DNA of 64,000 bases, taken from assembly GCA_963667565.1 (NCBI GenBank), contig OY763415.1, positions 1,344,001 through 1,408,000 on the forward strand, read 5' to 3'. The notes beneath the pieces are model-generated. The model saw only the letters and a program-made list of their open reading frames with translations. It searched no databases and was not told where the DNA came from. Shown here piece by piece: positions 1 through 9,949 of the stretch. The position numbers were made by a program, and so were the translations under genes. Source of the DNA: Acholeplasmataceae bacterium. GTDB lineage: Bacteria > Bacillota_I > Bacilli_A > Acholeplasmatales > Acholeplasmataceae. Position 1 is the stretch's first letter. Every line of letters starts with the position of its first letter.

Positions 1-546
1 TTTTGAAATGTTTGTTTGGTAGAGATTGTTTTCCAAATCTTTTAAAAATTTCATGAAAGTTTGTATGATAAAAACGACATAAATAAATATCATTAAATAA
101 ATCACAAAAGTCACGATTCCCTCACCGTAATTGACAATCAATTCACTGACCAATATGAACCCCAATATGACAAATACCGCACTGAAAATCCACAAACCAA
201 TTCTAAATATGACATATGCAGCATGAACTGTCTTCGCCATCATTTCATTGTTTCTTTGTCTTGCACCTATATAGATAAGTATCCATATCAGTGGTGTAAT
301 CATAGATATTAATATGCTCAGATATGCAGAAAAACCAAACGGTTTTACTGTATATTCATCTGGTCCAAACAATGAAGGTTGTGCTGGTACTACAATCTCA
401 ATTTGTGAAAACTTTATGAGTAAAATGGTAGAAATAATAAATAATAACATAGAAAGTATAACAATAATAAGCATTTTAATACTTCCGCCAATGTGATATA
501 AGCGTACTAAATCCTTTTTAAAATCTATTTCCTCTTCCTGAGACAT
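1..546 (-). CDS. Multi-pass membrane protein, runs off the window edge; paralog of 667..1467
   Basis: Not in the ORF track. ATG at 546 after AGGAGG; reads MSQEEEIDFKKDLVRLYHIGGSIKMLIIVILS...GARQRNNEMMAKTVHAA... open to position 1 and aligns by eye with the adjacent gene. Confidence 0.85.
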   Translation of the reverse strand, partial: MSQEEEIDFKKDLVRLYHIGGSIKMLIIVILSMLLFIISTILLIKFSQIEIVVPAQPSLFGPDEYTVKPFGFSAYLSILISMITPLIWILIYIGARQRNNEMMAKTVHAAYVIFRIGLWIFSAVFVILGFILVSELIVNYGEGIVTFVIYLMIFIYVVFIIQTFMKFLKDLENNLYQTNISK

Positions 547-604
547 CGTTTTACCCTCCTATACGATGATGATTTAAATCGTAAAACATTCTATTTACAT
601 AAAC

Positions 605-641
605 AAAAAGGCATACAAGATTTAATCCCTTGATGCCTTTT
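605..641 (-). terminator. Putative intrinsic terminator of 667..1467
   Basis: AAAAGGCAT...ATGCCTTTT stem with U-tract on the minus strand. Confidence 0.6.
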
Positions 642-666
642 ATCATTTATGTTTCTTTTAAATTTA

Positions 667-1467
667 TCAAACTTCAGTAAACTCGGATTTCAATTGTCTT
701 AAAACCAATATCATGGCTACTGACAATAAAAGACCGATTGCACCAATAATCGATGATAATGGTTCTAAAGCATCAAATAGTGGTTGTAGATATTGATCAT
801 ATGGTGTTTGAGATACTGCATCTGTTGAAGCAAATCCTAAGAGTGTTGAAATGAGCGTTAATCCAAATGATATATATAACAAAATCAATACAGATGAAGG
901 ATCAGCTTTAGTTAAAACCAATGATTGATCTAAATTGCCTTCTAAATCAAATAAGAACTTAACAAAGATTCTAATGATCACAAGGAAAATTGCGAGCACT
1001 AATCCTAAAATAACTAAGAGCACTAAAGCAATACCAGGTACAACTAAGAGCATGATTATACTTAAAAGTCCAAATAAACCAAACACAACAATCATAAACC
1101 ATTTGTATATTTTTAATATCGTTTGTGCTGCGTGTACTGTATTTGCCATTAACATATTGTTTTTAGATTTAGCACCTAGATAAACAAGTAATAATAATAG
1201 CGGTGGAATCGCAGAGATAACAATTGAAAAATAATACGAAAATGCATAATCATTTAAATTAACATCAGGCATACCATCCACAGGGATAACAATCTCAATT
1301 TGAGCAACCTTTAATAAAAGATAAGCCGAAAGACCAAACTGTAGTATTGAAAGTAATACTACCAATAACATTTTCATACCGCTACCAATATGAAACAAAC
1401 GATTCAAGTTATTTTTTGTAACTTCTTCGTTTTCATTTTGAACGTTAAGTTCATCATTTTCAAACAT
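667..1467 (-). CDS. Hypothetical multi-pass membrane protein
   Basis: 266 aa, about 6 hydrophobic segments, AGGAGG RBS. Confidence 0.85.
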   Translation of the reverse strand: MFENDELNVQNENEEVTKNNLNRLFHIGSGMKMLLVVLLSILQFGLSAYLLLKVAQIEIVIPVDGMPDVNLNDYAFSYYFSIVISAIPPLLLLLVYLGAKSKNNMLMANTVHAAQTILKIYKWFMIVVFGLFGLLSIIMLLVVPGIALVLLVILGLVLAIFLVIIRIFVKFLFDLEGNLDQSLVLTKADPSSVLILLYISFGLTLISTLLGFASTDAVSQTPYDQYLQPLFDALEPLSSIIGAIGLLLSVAMILVLRQLKSEFTEV

Positions 1468-1537
1468 GTAAAGCCCCTCCTAAATATATAGTTACTTTTA
1501 TTATAAAATAAAATTTCGATTTTATTACATAAAAAAT

Positions 1538-1564
1538 AAAAAAGGATTCAATGAAGAATCCTTA
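1538..1564 (-). terminator. Putative intrinsic terminator
   Basis: AAGGATTC-loop-GAATCCTT followed by U-tract on the minus strand, just after the stop at 1569. Confidence 0.65.
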
Positions 1565-1568
1565 TGAT

Positions 1569-2705
1569 TTATTTAGAGTGAATTTGACGTTCTTGAACCT
1601 TTACCCATCGATATCCTTTGATATGTGTTGGTGGAAGTCTTCTTTGTGTATAAATATAATAATCAGTTGATTTATTTTCAAGATCAACTTCCAAATAATA
1701 TCCTTCTTCTCTGTATGATCCAGGTGTGAATTTTGTAAATTGGTCAAAATTAACCATCTTAAGTGATAATAATTGCATTTCATCTTCAGTAATTCTAACA
1801 AAAACATTTTTATCATTAATCGTTTTAGGAAGCAACAAATTCTCTACAAGAACGACTCGGTTTGAAGTTTTCCAGTCCTTTGAAATTTCAAGATAATACC
1901 CATTATTCGTAGTACTTTCAGGCGCTAATTGATTTCGTAATTTGAAATTTTTAAGACTCATACTTTCTTGTATGTACACATCATTAGACTTTAATTGACT
2001 AGGATCTATAATGTCTCTACCACTTACTTGAATCCATCGATAACCTTTGGCATGAGTTGGTGGTAATTTATGTGTATTATAAATATAATATTCTGTTGAT
2101 TGGCAGTTTGTATCAACTTCAAGATAGAACCCTTCTTCTTTAAATGAACCTGGTGTAAATCTTTGATATTTGCAAAGATTAGCAGCAAGTAAAAAAAGTT
2201 TTCTTTCACTTGGATTAATATGAATGTAATAATCTCCGTTGGTTTTGAAATTTGGCAACTCATTTTGAGTCACTTCTACAACTCGATTTGATGTGTGGTT
2301 ATATTGATCCACTTCAACATAAAATCCATTTTCTACATGATCAAACTCTTTATATGCTGTTCTTTTTGAAAAATCAGGGATTGTAACAGGTGCTAATATG
2401 AGTATCTTTTCTTCAGAAGTCTCTGAGGTTTCGACATGATATGTTTTTTCTGTTTCTTTGACTGGTCTAATGTGGATATAATACAAATATTGTCCATGTA
2501 GAATAGCAAGTGCTATCGTAATATACGCTAGATATTGTATCCATTTGAAATTTTCAATTATTGTACAAGAAAAACTATTTTCTACACTGCATATTCCAGA
2601 TTGAAATGTCCATAAAAAATAATTTAATATCACACTGATTGTAACGATAATTAATAAAATTGAATAATCATAAAATTTTAGCGGTCTTTGTTTAAACATA
2701 TTCAT
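1569..2705 (-). CDS. Two-TM membrane protein with four YjzC-like repeats
   Basis: Two N-terminal TM helices, then repeats G(F/Y)Y(L/V)E(V/I)...LP(P)T...W/Y in ABAB order. Confidence 0.7.
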   Translation of the reverse strand: MNMFKQRPLKFYDYSILLIIVTISVILNYFLWTFQSGICSVENSFSCTIIENFKWIQYLAYITIALAILHGQYLYYIHIRPVKETEKTYHVETSETSEEKILILAPVTIPDFSKRTAYKEFDHVENGFYVEVDQYNHTSNRVVEVTQNELPNFKTNGDYYIHINPSERKLFLLAANLCKYQRFTPGSFKEEGFYLEVDTNCQSTEYYIYNTHKLPPTHAKGYRWIQVSGRDIIDPSQLKSNDVYIQESMSLKNFKLRNQLAPESTTNNGYYLEISKDWKTSNRVVLVENLLLPKTINDKNVFVRITEDEMQLLSLKMVNFDQFTKFTPGSYREEGYYLEVDLENKSTDYYIYTQRRLPPTHIKGYRWVKVQERQIHSK

Positions 2706-5700
2706 TTACTCATTTCTTTTTCTTTTTTTAATTATAACAACCAATATGGTTCCTACGACTAGCCATGAAGCATTAATAATATAGTATATCCAAATAGGTT
2801 CAACCGTGATATCAACATTAACAATCGCTTGATTACCTGAACTATCTAAAACACTGATCGTAAGCGTATAATTACCTGGTTCAAACACTGATACGTCATC
2901 TGAAATAATTTCAAATTCACGATCGTAATTATCTGTTACAGATAAGATTTCTGAGATAGCTTTTGAAATGCTCTCACCATGCTTAATGGTAATATTCTCT
3001 GAGAGAACAACAACTTCTGGTGCAATCGTATCTTCAACAACAATGGTTAAAATGATTTCTGGAGAAACATTTCCTGCTTCATCTGTTGATACATATGTTA
3101 CATAATACGTTCCAAGAAGATGCGTATTCACATTAGATGTGACATCACAAGTGACTTCTATATCATGATTATCAGACGTTGTGCATTCTGGAACGATAAA
3201 ATCTGTATTCACTTGGTGATAGATAATGTCTTCAACATTAATATCACTAAAACTAATTGTTGGTGCTTCTATGTCTAAATACATTGCATTTAATACTAAA
3301 TTTGTAGATGGCATTGTTGATGGTACAGTTGTATCCCAACCTATAAACTCATATCCATCTCTTTGTGGAATTAATGGAAATAATAAATCACTTGTGTCCT
3401 GGCCAAATATATAGTTTTCGGTTTGAATAATTGAGCCATCATAGTTAGTAAATTGAATTGTATAGATGTTTGCAACCCATTTTGCATATAATGTCACGTT
3501 ATTTGTGAGTGAAGATTCACTTGTGAATGGGTCTTGTAATTCTGGATCTTGATACCACCCGTCAAACGTATAGCCTTCTCTTGTTGGATCTTCTGGTAAA
3601 GTCACTTCACTTCCATAGTTTTGAGTAACATTTGATGTTGAACTTCCACCATTGGTATTAAACGTGATTGAATATTGTATAGGTGTCCATGTAGCACTTA
3701 ACATCATATCCTCTGCGGGCATCGTTGATGGTATTTCCATATCCCATCCATTAAATGTATACCCTTCTCTTGATGGATCTTCTGGTGCTGTAATGGCTGT
3801 TCCATAGTTTTGTTCTATGCTTGTTACTGATGTGCCACCATTGGTGTTAAATGTGATCGTATATGCATTGATGCTCCACTGTGCAGTAATCACTAAATCT
3901 TCTGCGGGCATTGTTTGAGGAATCGCTATATCCCATCCATTAAACGTATAGCCTTCTTTTGTAGGACTATCTGGTATCGTCACCTCACGTCCATATTCAT
4001 CAGTGATGTTTGTTACTGACGTGCCACCTTGTGTGTCAAATGAAATCGTATATGCATTGGTTAACCATCTTGCATATAACGTGAAGTCTTCTGCTGGCAT
4101 TGTTGTTTCTTGATATGGTTGCTGTCTTTGATCATCTAGATACCATCCACCAAAGGTATACCCTTCTTTTGTGGGTTCTATTGGTAATGTGATTAATACA
4201 TCATAAGTCACACTTTGATGATCTATGACTGTACCACCTTGTGTATCAAAACTTATCGTATATGAATTAATATTATAACTTGGTGTAATCGTCAAATCCT
4301 CTGCAGGCATTGTTTCAGGAATCGCTATATCCCATCCATTAAACGTATACCCTTCTCTTGTTGGATCTTCTGGTGCTGTAATGGCTGTTCCATATGCTTG
4401 TGTGATGCTTGCTGTTGGAGTTCCACCATTTGATTCAAACGTAATTGTATATGTATTAATCGTCCACGCTGCAGTAAATGTCACATCTTCTGCTGGCATG
4501 TTTGCTGGTATATCAATATCCCATCCATTAAATGTATACCCTTCTCTTGTTGGATCTTCTGGTGCTGTAATCGGTAAACTATAATAGGTTGTTATGTCAT
4601 CAATCACATTCCCGCCTTGTGTATCAAAGCTAAACGTATATTGATTGATGCTATAACTTGGTGTAATCGTTAAATCTTCTGCTGGCATCGTTTCAGGAAT
4701 CGCTATATCCCATCCATTAAACGTATAGCCTTCTCTTGTTGGATCTTCTGGTACTGTAATTTCTGTACCATATGCTTGTGTGATGCTTGCTGTTGGAGTT
4801 CCACCATTTGATTCAAACGTAATCGTGTATGTGTTAATCGTCCATTTTGCATATAAAGTGAGGTTATTAGATGGCATCGTATCTAAAACATATTCTGTTA
4901 ATAATGTTTCATCACTATACCACCCATCAAAAGTGTATCCATCTTTGATTGGATCAGATTTAACAATGGTATCTCCGGGTTGATAGCTGTCAGAAGTTTC
5001 ATCACCATCAAGATTCCATGTGATGACATAACTTCCAGATATCGTTGCAGTATCATTTGCACTTGCTGGATTGCCATTATAATAAATGGTTGCTGAAACT
5101 GAAAATTCACCCAATGAAAAAGAAGATAAATCAACATTAGTACTGTAGGTGTCATCACTTGCAACAATAGCCGTCGCATTGATGACATGTGTACCATCTG
5201 TAATTTCCAAATTAACTGTTTGACCAGTTAATGATCCATTATCTCTTTCATCATTTAAAAGATTATATGCAAGTCCACTAATTGCTACATTTGATGCATT
5301 ATCTAAACTCACTATATCATTACTATCTTTATCAATGAGGGTATCAATGTAAGGTGCAACTGTATTTTGTGTAACTTGTTCTGTATCAAACTCAAATGGT
5401 TGCCCGGCATTTGTTCCCGATGGAATTTCAGTACCTAAATTAATATAGAAATAGCGTGTATTAGAACTATTTGTCATACCCATGACTATATTAATACTTG
5501 AGACTGGAATACTATATTTAGCAATAAATGCGTTTTCTGGCTTTTCTATAGCTGTTGAACCGTTTGTGTCAACTTCACTCCCGGTGATACGTGTTAACCC
5601 TAATTGCTGATTCTCAGTAACATTCAAATTAGTTGGGTCATTCACAATAAGTTCAGAGTATCCATTGATTTCAAAATACTCATTTGTAGTACCATCACCA

Positions 5701-6140
5701 TCTAAATCCATACCTGTTAATGAGAAATTTTTAACACCTACATATTGGTTATTTGCAGTATTATTTGAATCATAAGATGAACCAGCAGCAATAAACTCAA
5801 ATTTATAATTGATTGAGCCATCACTATTGTTCGAATTTCCTAATTTAGCCCAAACATAAAAAGAACTGCTGCTATCTACACCTCCAGAACTAAAATTAAT
5901 ACCATTAATTTCTTCTAAAATTAAGATTGCATCAACACTTTGTGTATCTGTAACAATCGCATTTGAATAACGATATATGGCACCTTGTTGTTTATCTGTT
6001 CCAGAAATTAATACGGGTGTATTTAAATCAATTGTATTAAACTGAACATCAATAACAGTCACTACAGATGCACTCACTCGATTTAATGATAAAATACTCA
6101 CCATCAATACCATTAATAAAACTAAATATATTTTTTTCAT
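2706..6140 (-). CDS. Surface protein with InlB B-repeat (Flg_new) array, Ig-like (DUF5011-type) domains and C-terminal TM anchor
   Basis: Signal peptide; about 9 repeats of YTITFxxNGG...PT(R/K)EGYTFxGW...LYAKW; D..AP...YYVTY..TDEAGN domain; TM plus KKRKR tail. Confidence 0.9.
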   Translation of the reverse strand: MKKIYLVLLMVLMVSILSLNRVSASVVTVIDVQFNTIDLNTPVLISGTDKQQGAIYRYSNAIVTDTQSVDAILILEEINGINFSSGGVDSSSSFYVWAKLGNSNNSDGSINYKFEFIAAGSSYDSNNTANNQYVGVKNFSLTGMDLDGDGTTNEYFEINGYSELIVNDPTNLNVTENQQLGLTRITGSEVDTNGSTAIEKPENAFIAKYSIPVSSINIVMGMTNSSNTRYFYINLGTEIPSGTNAGQPFEFDTEQVTQNTVAPYIDTLIDKDSNDIVSLDNASNVAISGLAYNLLNDERDNGSLTGQTVNLEITDGTHVINATAIVASDDTYSTNVDLSSFSLGEFSVSATIYYNGNPASANDTATISGSYVITWNLDGDETSDSYQPGDTIVKSDPIKDGYTFDGWYSDETLLTEYVLDTMPSNNLTLYAKWTINTYTITFESNGGTPTASITQAYGTEITVPEDPTREGYTFNGWDIAIPETMPAEDLTITPSYSINQYTFSFDTQGGNVIDDITTYYSLPITAPEDPTREGYTFNGWDIDIPANMPAEDVTFTAAWTINTYTITFESNGGTPTASITQAYGTAITAPEDPTREGYTFNGWDIAIPETMPAEDLTITPSYNINSYTISFDTQGGTVIDHQSVTYDVLITLPIEPTKEGYTFGGWYLDDQRQQPYQETTMPAEDFTLYARWLTNAYTISFDTQGGTSVTNITDEYGREVTIPDSPTKEGYTFNGWDIAIPQTMPAEDLVITAQWSINAYTITFNTNGGTSVTSIEQNYGTAITAPEDPSREGYTFNGWDMEIPSTMPAEDMMLSATWTPIQYSITFNTNGGSSTSNVTQNYGSEVTLPEDPTREGYTFDGWYQDPELQDPFTSESSLTNNVTLYAKWVANIYTIQFTNYDGSIIQTENYIFGQDTSDLLFPLIPQRDGYEFIGWDTTVPSTMPSTNLVLNAMYLDIEAPTISFSDINVEDIIYHQVNTDFIVPECTTSDNHDIEVTCDVTSNVNTHLLGTYYVTYVSTDEAGNVSPEIILTIVVEDTIAPEVVVLSENITIKHGESISKAISEILSVTDNYDREFEIISDDVSVFEPGNYTLTISVLDSSGNQAIVNVDITVEPIWIYYIINASWLVVGTILVVIIKKRKRNE
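4274..4844. repeat. Near-identical intragenic DNA repeat (4274-4466 vs 4652-4844)
   Basis: Two ~193-bp copies 378 bp apart, differing at only scattered positions. Confidence 0.85.
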
Positions 6141-6408
6141 TCAACAAACCTCATTAATTATATTTCAATTTTCGTAATATAATTATATTTGTTATTTTGA
6201 ACCATTGTTGCATGATTGCTCATCAAGGGATAAAACATAGATAAATACCCTTTTTTGTAGAAATAATGCCTTTTTTTATCCTTTTTAAATTAAAGTTTGA
6301 TACCTTGAAATATGACAAATCAAATCAAATGAAATATAAATGTATCCGTGATATAATCGCCATAGTAATATTTTATTACGAAGATTGAATTTTATTTACG
6401 GAGGAAAA

Positions 6409-9400
6409 ATGAAAAAAAGAAAATTAATAAAATGGGCAATTTTACTCTTTATTTTATTATCTGGTGGTGCTACTACTGCTGTATTACTTTCAAGTACTGA
6501 TGCACCAACTTTTGATGAAATATCAGATCAAACAATTGCCGTTGGAACTGAGGATATCGACTGGACTACCTACATGGAAAATGTCTTAGGGTCAGATGTC
6601 ACTTTAAATGAAACAGAAGATCTAGTTTCTTATGATGTATTAGGAACATACACAGTAACCGTAACAGCTACAGATGCCAAGGGTAATGTAACTTCCCAAA
6701 CATTTAATGTCACTGTGGTAGATGATGTTACTCCTACACTTTCACTTAATGGTGATGCTTCAATTACTGTTGAGGCAGGTGCTACTTATAATGATTTAGG
6801 TGCTACATTTTTAGATAACTACGATGGTACAGGTCAAGCAACCGTTGGTGGAGATACTGTTAACACAGCAGTCGTTGGTGTTTATGAAGTTGTATATACT
6901 TATTCAGACACATCAGGTAATGATGCTACACCTATAACAAGAACCGTGACTGTTGTTGATACAACTGCACCTACATTAACATTATTAGGTGATCAATTTA
7001 CAACCATTCAGGCCGGTATTGTATATGAAGACTTAGGTGCTTCGTTTTCTGATATTGTCGATGGTACTGGTACAGTTACTGCAACTGGAACTGTAGATGT
7101 CACCACATTAGGAACATATACGCTTACATACACTTATACAGATGCTGCAGGTAACGTTGGACAATCAGTAACAAGAACTGTGACAGTTGTTGATACAACT
7201 GCACCTACAATTGAACTTACAAGTGGTAATGCCATCCAAGTTGAATTAGGTACTACATTTACTGATCCTGGATATAGTGCAACTGATAACTATGATGAAT
7301 CAGTTGATGTCACAGTCACAGGTACAGTAGATAGTGAAACAGCTGGTGTTTATACATTAACTTATACTTCTACTGACCATTCAGATAACGAAGCTACAGT
7401 GACAAGAACAGTTACAGTTTCTGACACAACTGCACCAACAATTTCAATGGTTGGCGAATCAGAAATCACACTTGAATACGGTTCAACTTACACTGAACAA
7501 GGTGCTACTTTTGCTGATGGTCAAACAGCTGGCAATGCTACTGTTGGTGGCGATACAGTTGATACAAATACTTTGGGTACATATGTTGTTACTTATACTG
7601 CTACAGATGCTGCAGGTAATGAAACAGTTGTCACTAAAACAGTCCATGTTGTCGACACGACTGCACCAGTAATCACACTCAATAGTGGATCATCTATGAC
7701 AATTCAGTTAAGTGAAACATTCACTGATCCCGGATATACTGTCACAGATAACGCAGATTCTAATGTCTCTGTAACTGTTAGTGGGAATGTTGATACAAAT
7801 ACTTTAGGTGAATACACATTAACATATACTGCTACAGATGCATCAGGAAATACTTCTACAGTAACGAGAACCATTACAGTTTCAGATGCACCTGCTAGAT
7901 TAGCACAATTTGCAGTCGATGGAGAAACATTTTCAGTAAGATCTTATGCTAAATTGGATAACGGAAATGAAATCTTTAGACTTTCTTTTGATTCTAAACT
8001 AATACTTGTCATATTTGATGGAAATGACGTTGTATTCCAACAAACATTTTTACCAGATGGGCCGTTTTTCAATCCTTCTCAAGTAGCTGAAGATGGACCT
8101 ACTCAAATGTTAAATTCGCTTTTTGTGTTTAGTAATGACTATTTATTCTTAAGTCTCTATGATATGTCTTTAAATACTCAAGTATTATATGCACTTCAAT
8201 TGACTGATTATACCTTAGTAGAATTACCTGTTGGAAATTTTGTGGGTTTTAGCAGTTCAGAAACTGGAATGCTTTATGACAATCAAAACTACTTGTTTTA
8301 CATAATAAGTGGTACTGATAAAGGGATTTATCAATTTGATAGTGACTTAAATCTTGTTTTATTACAACCACTTCTAAATGATTACATGTGGAGTGGTGGA
8401 TATAATACAATTATTCCTAACGAGCTTTATTTAATTACTTTTAGTAGCAGCAACATCGAAGAAAAATTCACATTTGATCTTGTAAATAACACAGTTGAAC
8501 TCGTATCAAATGTATCATTAGATGCAAATAATTTACGTGTAGGTGATTCTGTAAGCTATCGTATCATTGGTGATTATATACTTGAAACGACAACTATTTA
8601 TACCACAAATGATTCTAATGGTTCGTGGGTGTATACTGACACTACTTATACTTCAGTTTTATTTGATCAATCATTAAATGAATTAGCTACATATAATTCT
8701 TATGCGGATTACATGTATACAGACTCAACAAATCAAACGATGTCATACTTCTATTTTACTGAATATAGCGAGACAGGCATTACAATCACACTCTATGATG
8801 CTGACGTTAATTTAATCAACACCTATGAGCTTGGTCTCCAATCTTCTTTCTATTTCACTGATGACTTCAGACTCGTAGTTTTCAATCAAAATACAGCTCA
8901 ATCAGAAGCAATGAAACTCGATGGGTCCGTTGATACATTTGAATTACCTAGAACTATTAATCAAATGAATTTTTCAATCAACCATGATTACACTTCTAAT
9001 ATTTCTATTGGCTTATATTTTGATGCAGAAACACTAACAGTGATTAATGCTATTTATACTGCAGATGGATGGATTTCATTTGAAACGGATCAAAATTACA
9101 CTTCTATTGTCTACAACAATTTAACTAATCAAGTATTTGTTACAAGAGCAACATGGAATTATGACTTAAATCAAACATCAATCGCATATGAGATTTATGA
9201 TATCGCGACTGAAACACTTCATTATGTTGATGCTGTCACATATGATTTTATTTCGAATTATACCAGTGCTGCTCTATTAGTAGGAACTTATACATTATTA
9301 CAAGTGCCTAGCAACAATTCATCTCAAGTGAATACTTTCGTATTATTTGATGATCAATTCAATTATGAATCACTTGACGTTTCATCATACTATATATATA

Positions 9401-9909
9401 CATACTATGGATATTCAAAATCTATGGATGGTAACACTGCAATATTTGAAAACTATTCTCTATCATTTTCATTTGATGTCACAGACTTTACCAATACATT
9501 TACAACGTTTACATCTAGTGGTGGAAATGGTGGTACTCAAACAATTGTCAAAGATAGCATCTTAAATGGTATTGATTTAAATATTGTTATTACACATGAA
9601 GATATGAGTCCTACCACATCATATGAATTTACTTATGGTGATGTGACTTTTAATGAAACAATAGATTTTGCAGATTTCTCATTACTTGTCTATGATGTTG
9701 CTGGTACAGAAAATGATACGATTTATATATTTAATAGTTTTGCTGGATATATCATGGATATCAATGACGACACCCACACTAAAATTTATGGTATAATAAC
9801 AACTTCTGGATTTTTAATGATTGATAGTCAATACGTTGAATATTTTGATTATTTATCAGCAAATGATTATACATTGGTACCTATATTTAATTACATGATG
9901 CCTTATTAG
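6409..9909 (+). CDS. Surface protein with about 6 Ig-like (DUF5011-type) repeats and a beta-rich C-terminal region
   Basis: Start moved to ATG 6409 after GGAGG; N-terminal TM; repeats DTTAPTITL.G...GTYTLTYT.TD..GN...TRTVTV. Confidence 0.85.
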   Translation: MKKRKLIKWAILLFILLSGGATTAVLLSSTDAPTFDEISDQTIAVGTEDIDWTTYMENVLGSDVTLNETEDLVSYDVLGTYTVTVTATDAKGNVTSQTFNVTVVDDVTPTLSLNGDASITVEAGATYNDLGATFLDNYDGTGQATVGGDTVNTAVVGVYEVVYTYSDTSGNDATPITRTVTVVDTTAPTLTLLGDQFTTIQAGIVYEDLGASFSDIVDGTGTVTATGTVDVTTLGTYTLTYTYTDAAGNVGQSVTRTVTVVDTTAPTIELTSGNAIQVELGTTFTDPGYSATDNYDESVDVTVTGTVDSETAGVYTLTYTSTDHSDNEATVTRTVTVSDTTAPTISMVGESEITLEYGSTYTEQGATFADGQTAGNATVGGDTVDTNTLGTYVVTYTATDAAGNETVVTKTVHVVDTTAPVITLNSGSSMTIQLSETFTDPGYTVTDNADSNVSVTVSGNVDTNTLGEYTLTYTATDASGNTSTVTRTITVSDAPARLAQFAVDGETFSVRSYAKLDNGNEIFRLSFDSKLILVIFDGNDVVFQQTFLPDGPFFNPSQVAEDGPTQMLNSLFVFSNDYLFLSLYDMSLNTQVLYALQLTDYTLVELPVGNFVGFSSSETGMLYDNQNYLFYIISGTDKGIYQFDSDLNLVLLQPLLNDYMWSGGYNTIIPNELYLITFSSSNIEEKFTFDLVNNTVELVSNVSLDANNLRVGDSVSYRIIGDYILETTTIYTTNDSNGSWVYTDTTYTSVLFDQSLNELATYNSYADYMYTDSTNQTMSYFYFTEYSETGITITLYDADVNLINTYELGLQSSFYFTDDFRLVVFNQNTAQSEAMKLDGSVDTFELPRTINQMNFSINHDYTSNISIGLYFDAETLTVINAIYTADGWISFETDQNYTSIVYNNLTNQVFVTRATWNYDLNQTSIAYEIYDIATETLHYVDAVTYDFISNYTSAALLVGTYTLLQVPSNNSSQVNTFVLFDDQFNYESLDVSSYYIYTYYGYSKSMDGNTAIFENYSLSFSFDVTDFTNTFTTFTSSGGNGGTQTIVKDSILNGIDLNIVITHEDMSPTTSYEFTYGDVTFNETIDFADFSLLVYDVAGTENDTIYIFNSFAGYIMDINDDTHTKIYGIITTSGFLMIDSQYVEYFDYLSANDYTLVPIFNYMMPY

Positions 9910-9916
9910 TAAAAAT

Positions 9917-9949
9917 AAAACTTCCTTATCAATTAAGGAAGTTTTTTTT
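9917..9949. terminator. Bidirectional terminator between convergent genes
   Basis: AAAACTTCCTT-loop-AAGGAAGTTTT with A and T tracts on either side. Confidence 0.75.

Noticed and set aside
6304..6341. (C/G)AAAT pentamer run between the divergent surface-protein genes
   Set aside because: Short and imperfect, plausible by chance in AT-rich DNA; only one TGACAAA box, with no 11-bp partner.
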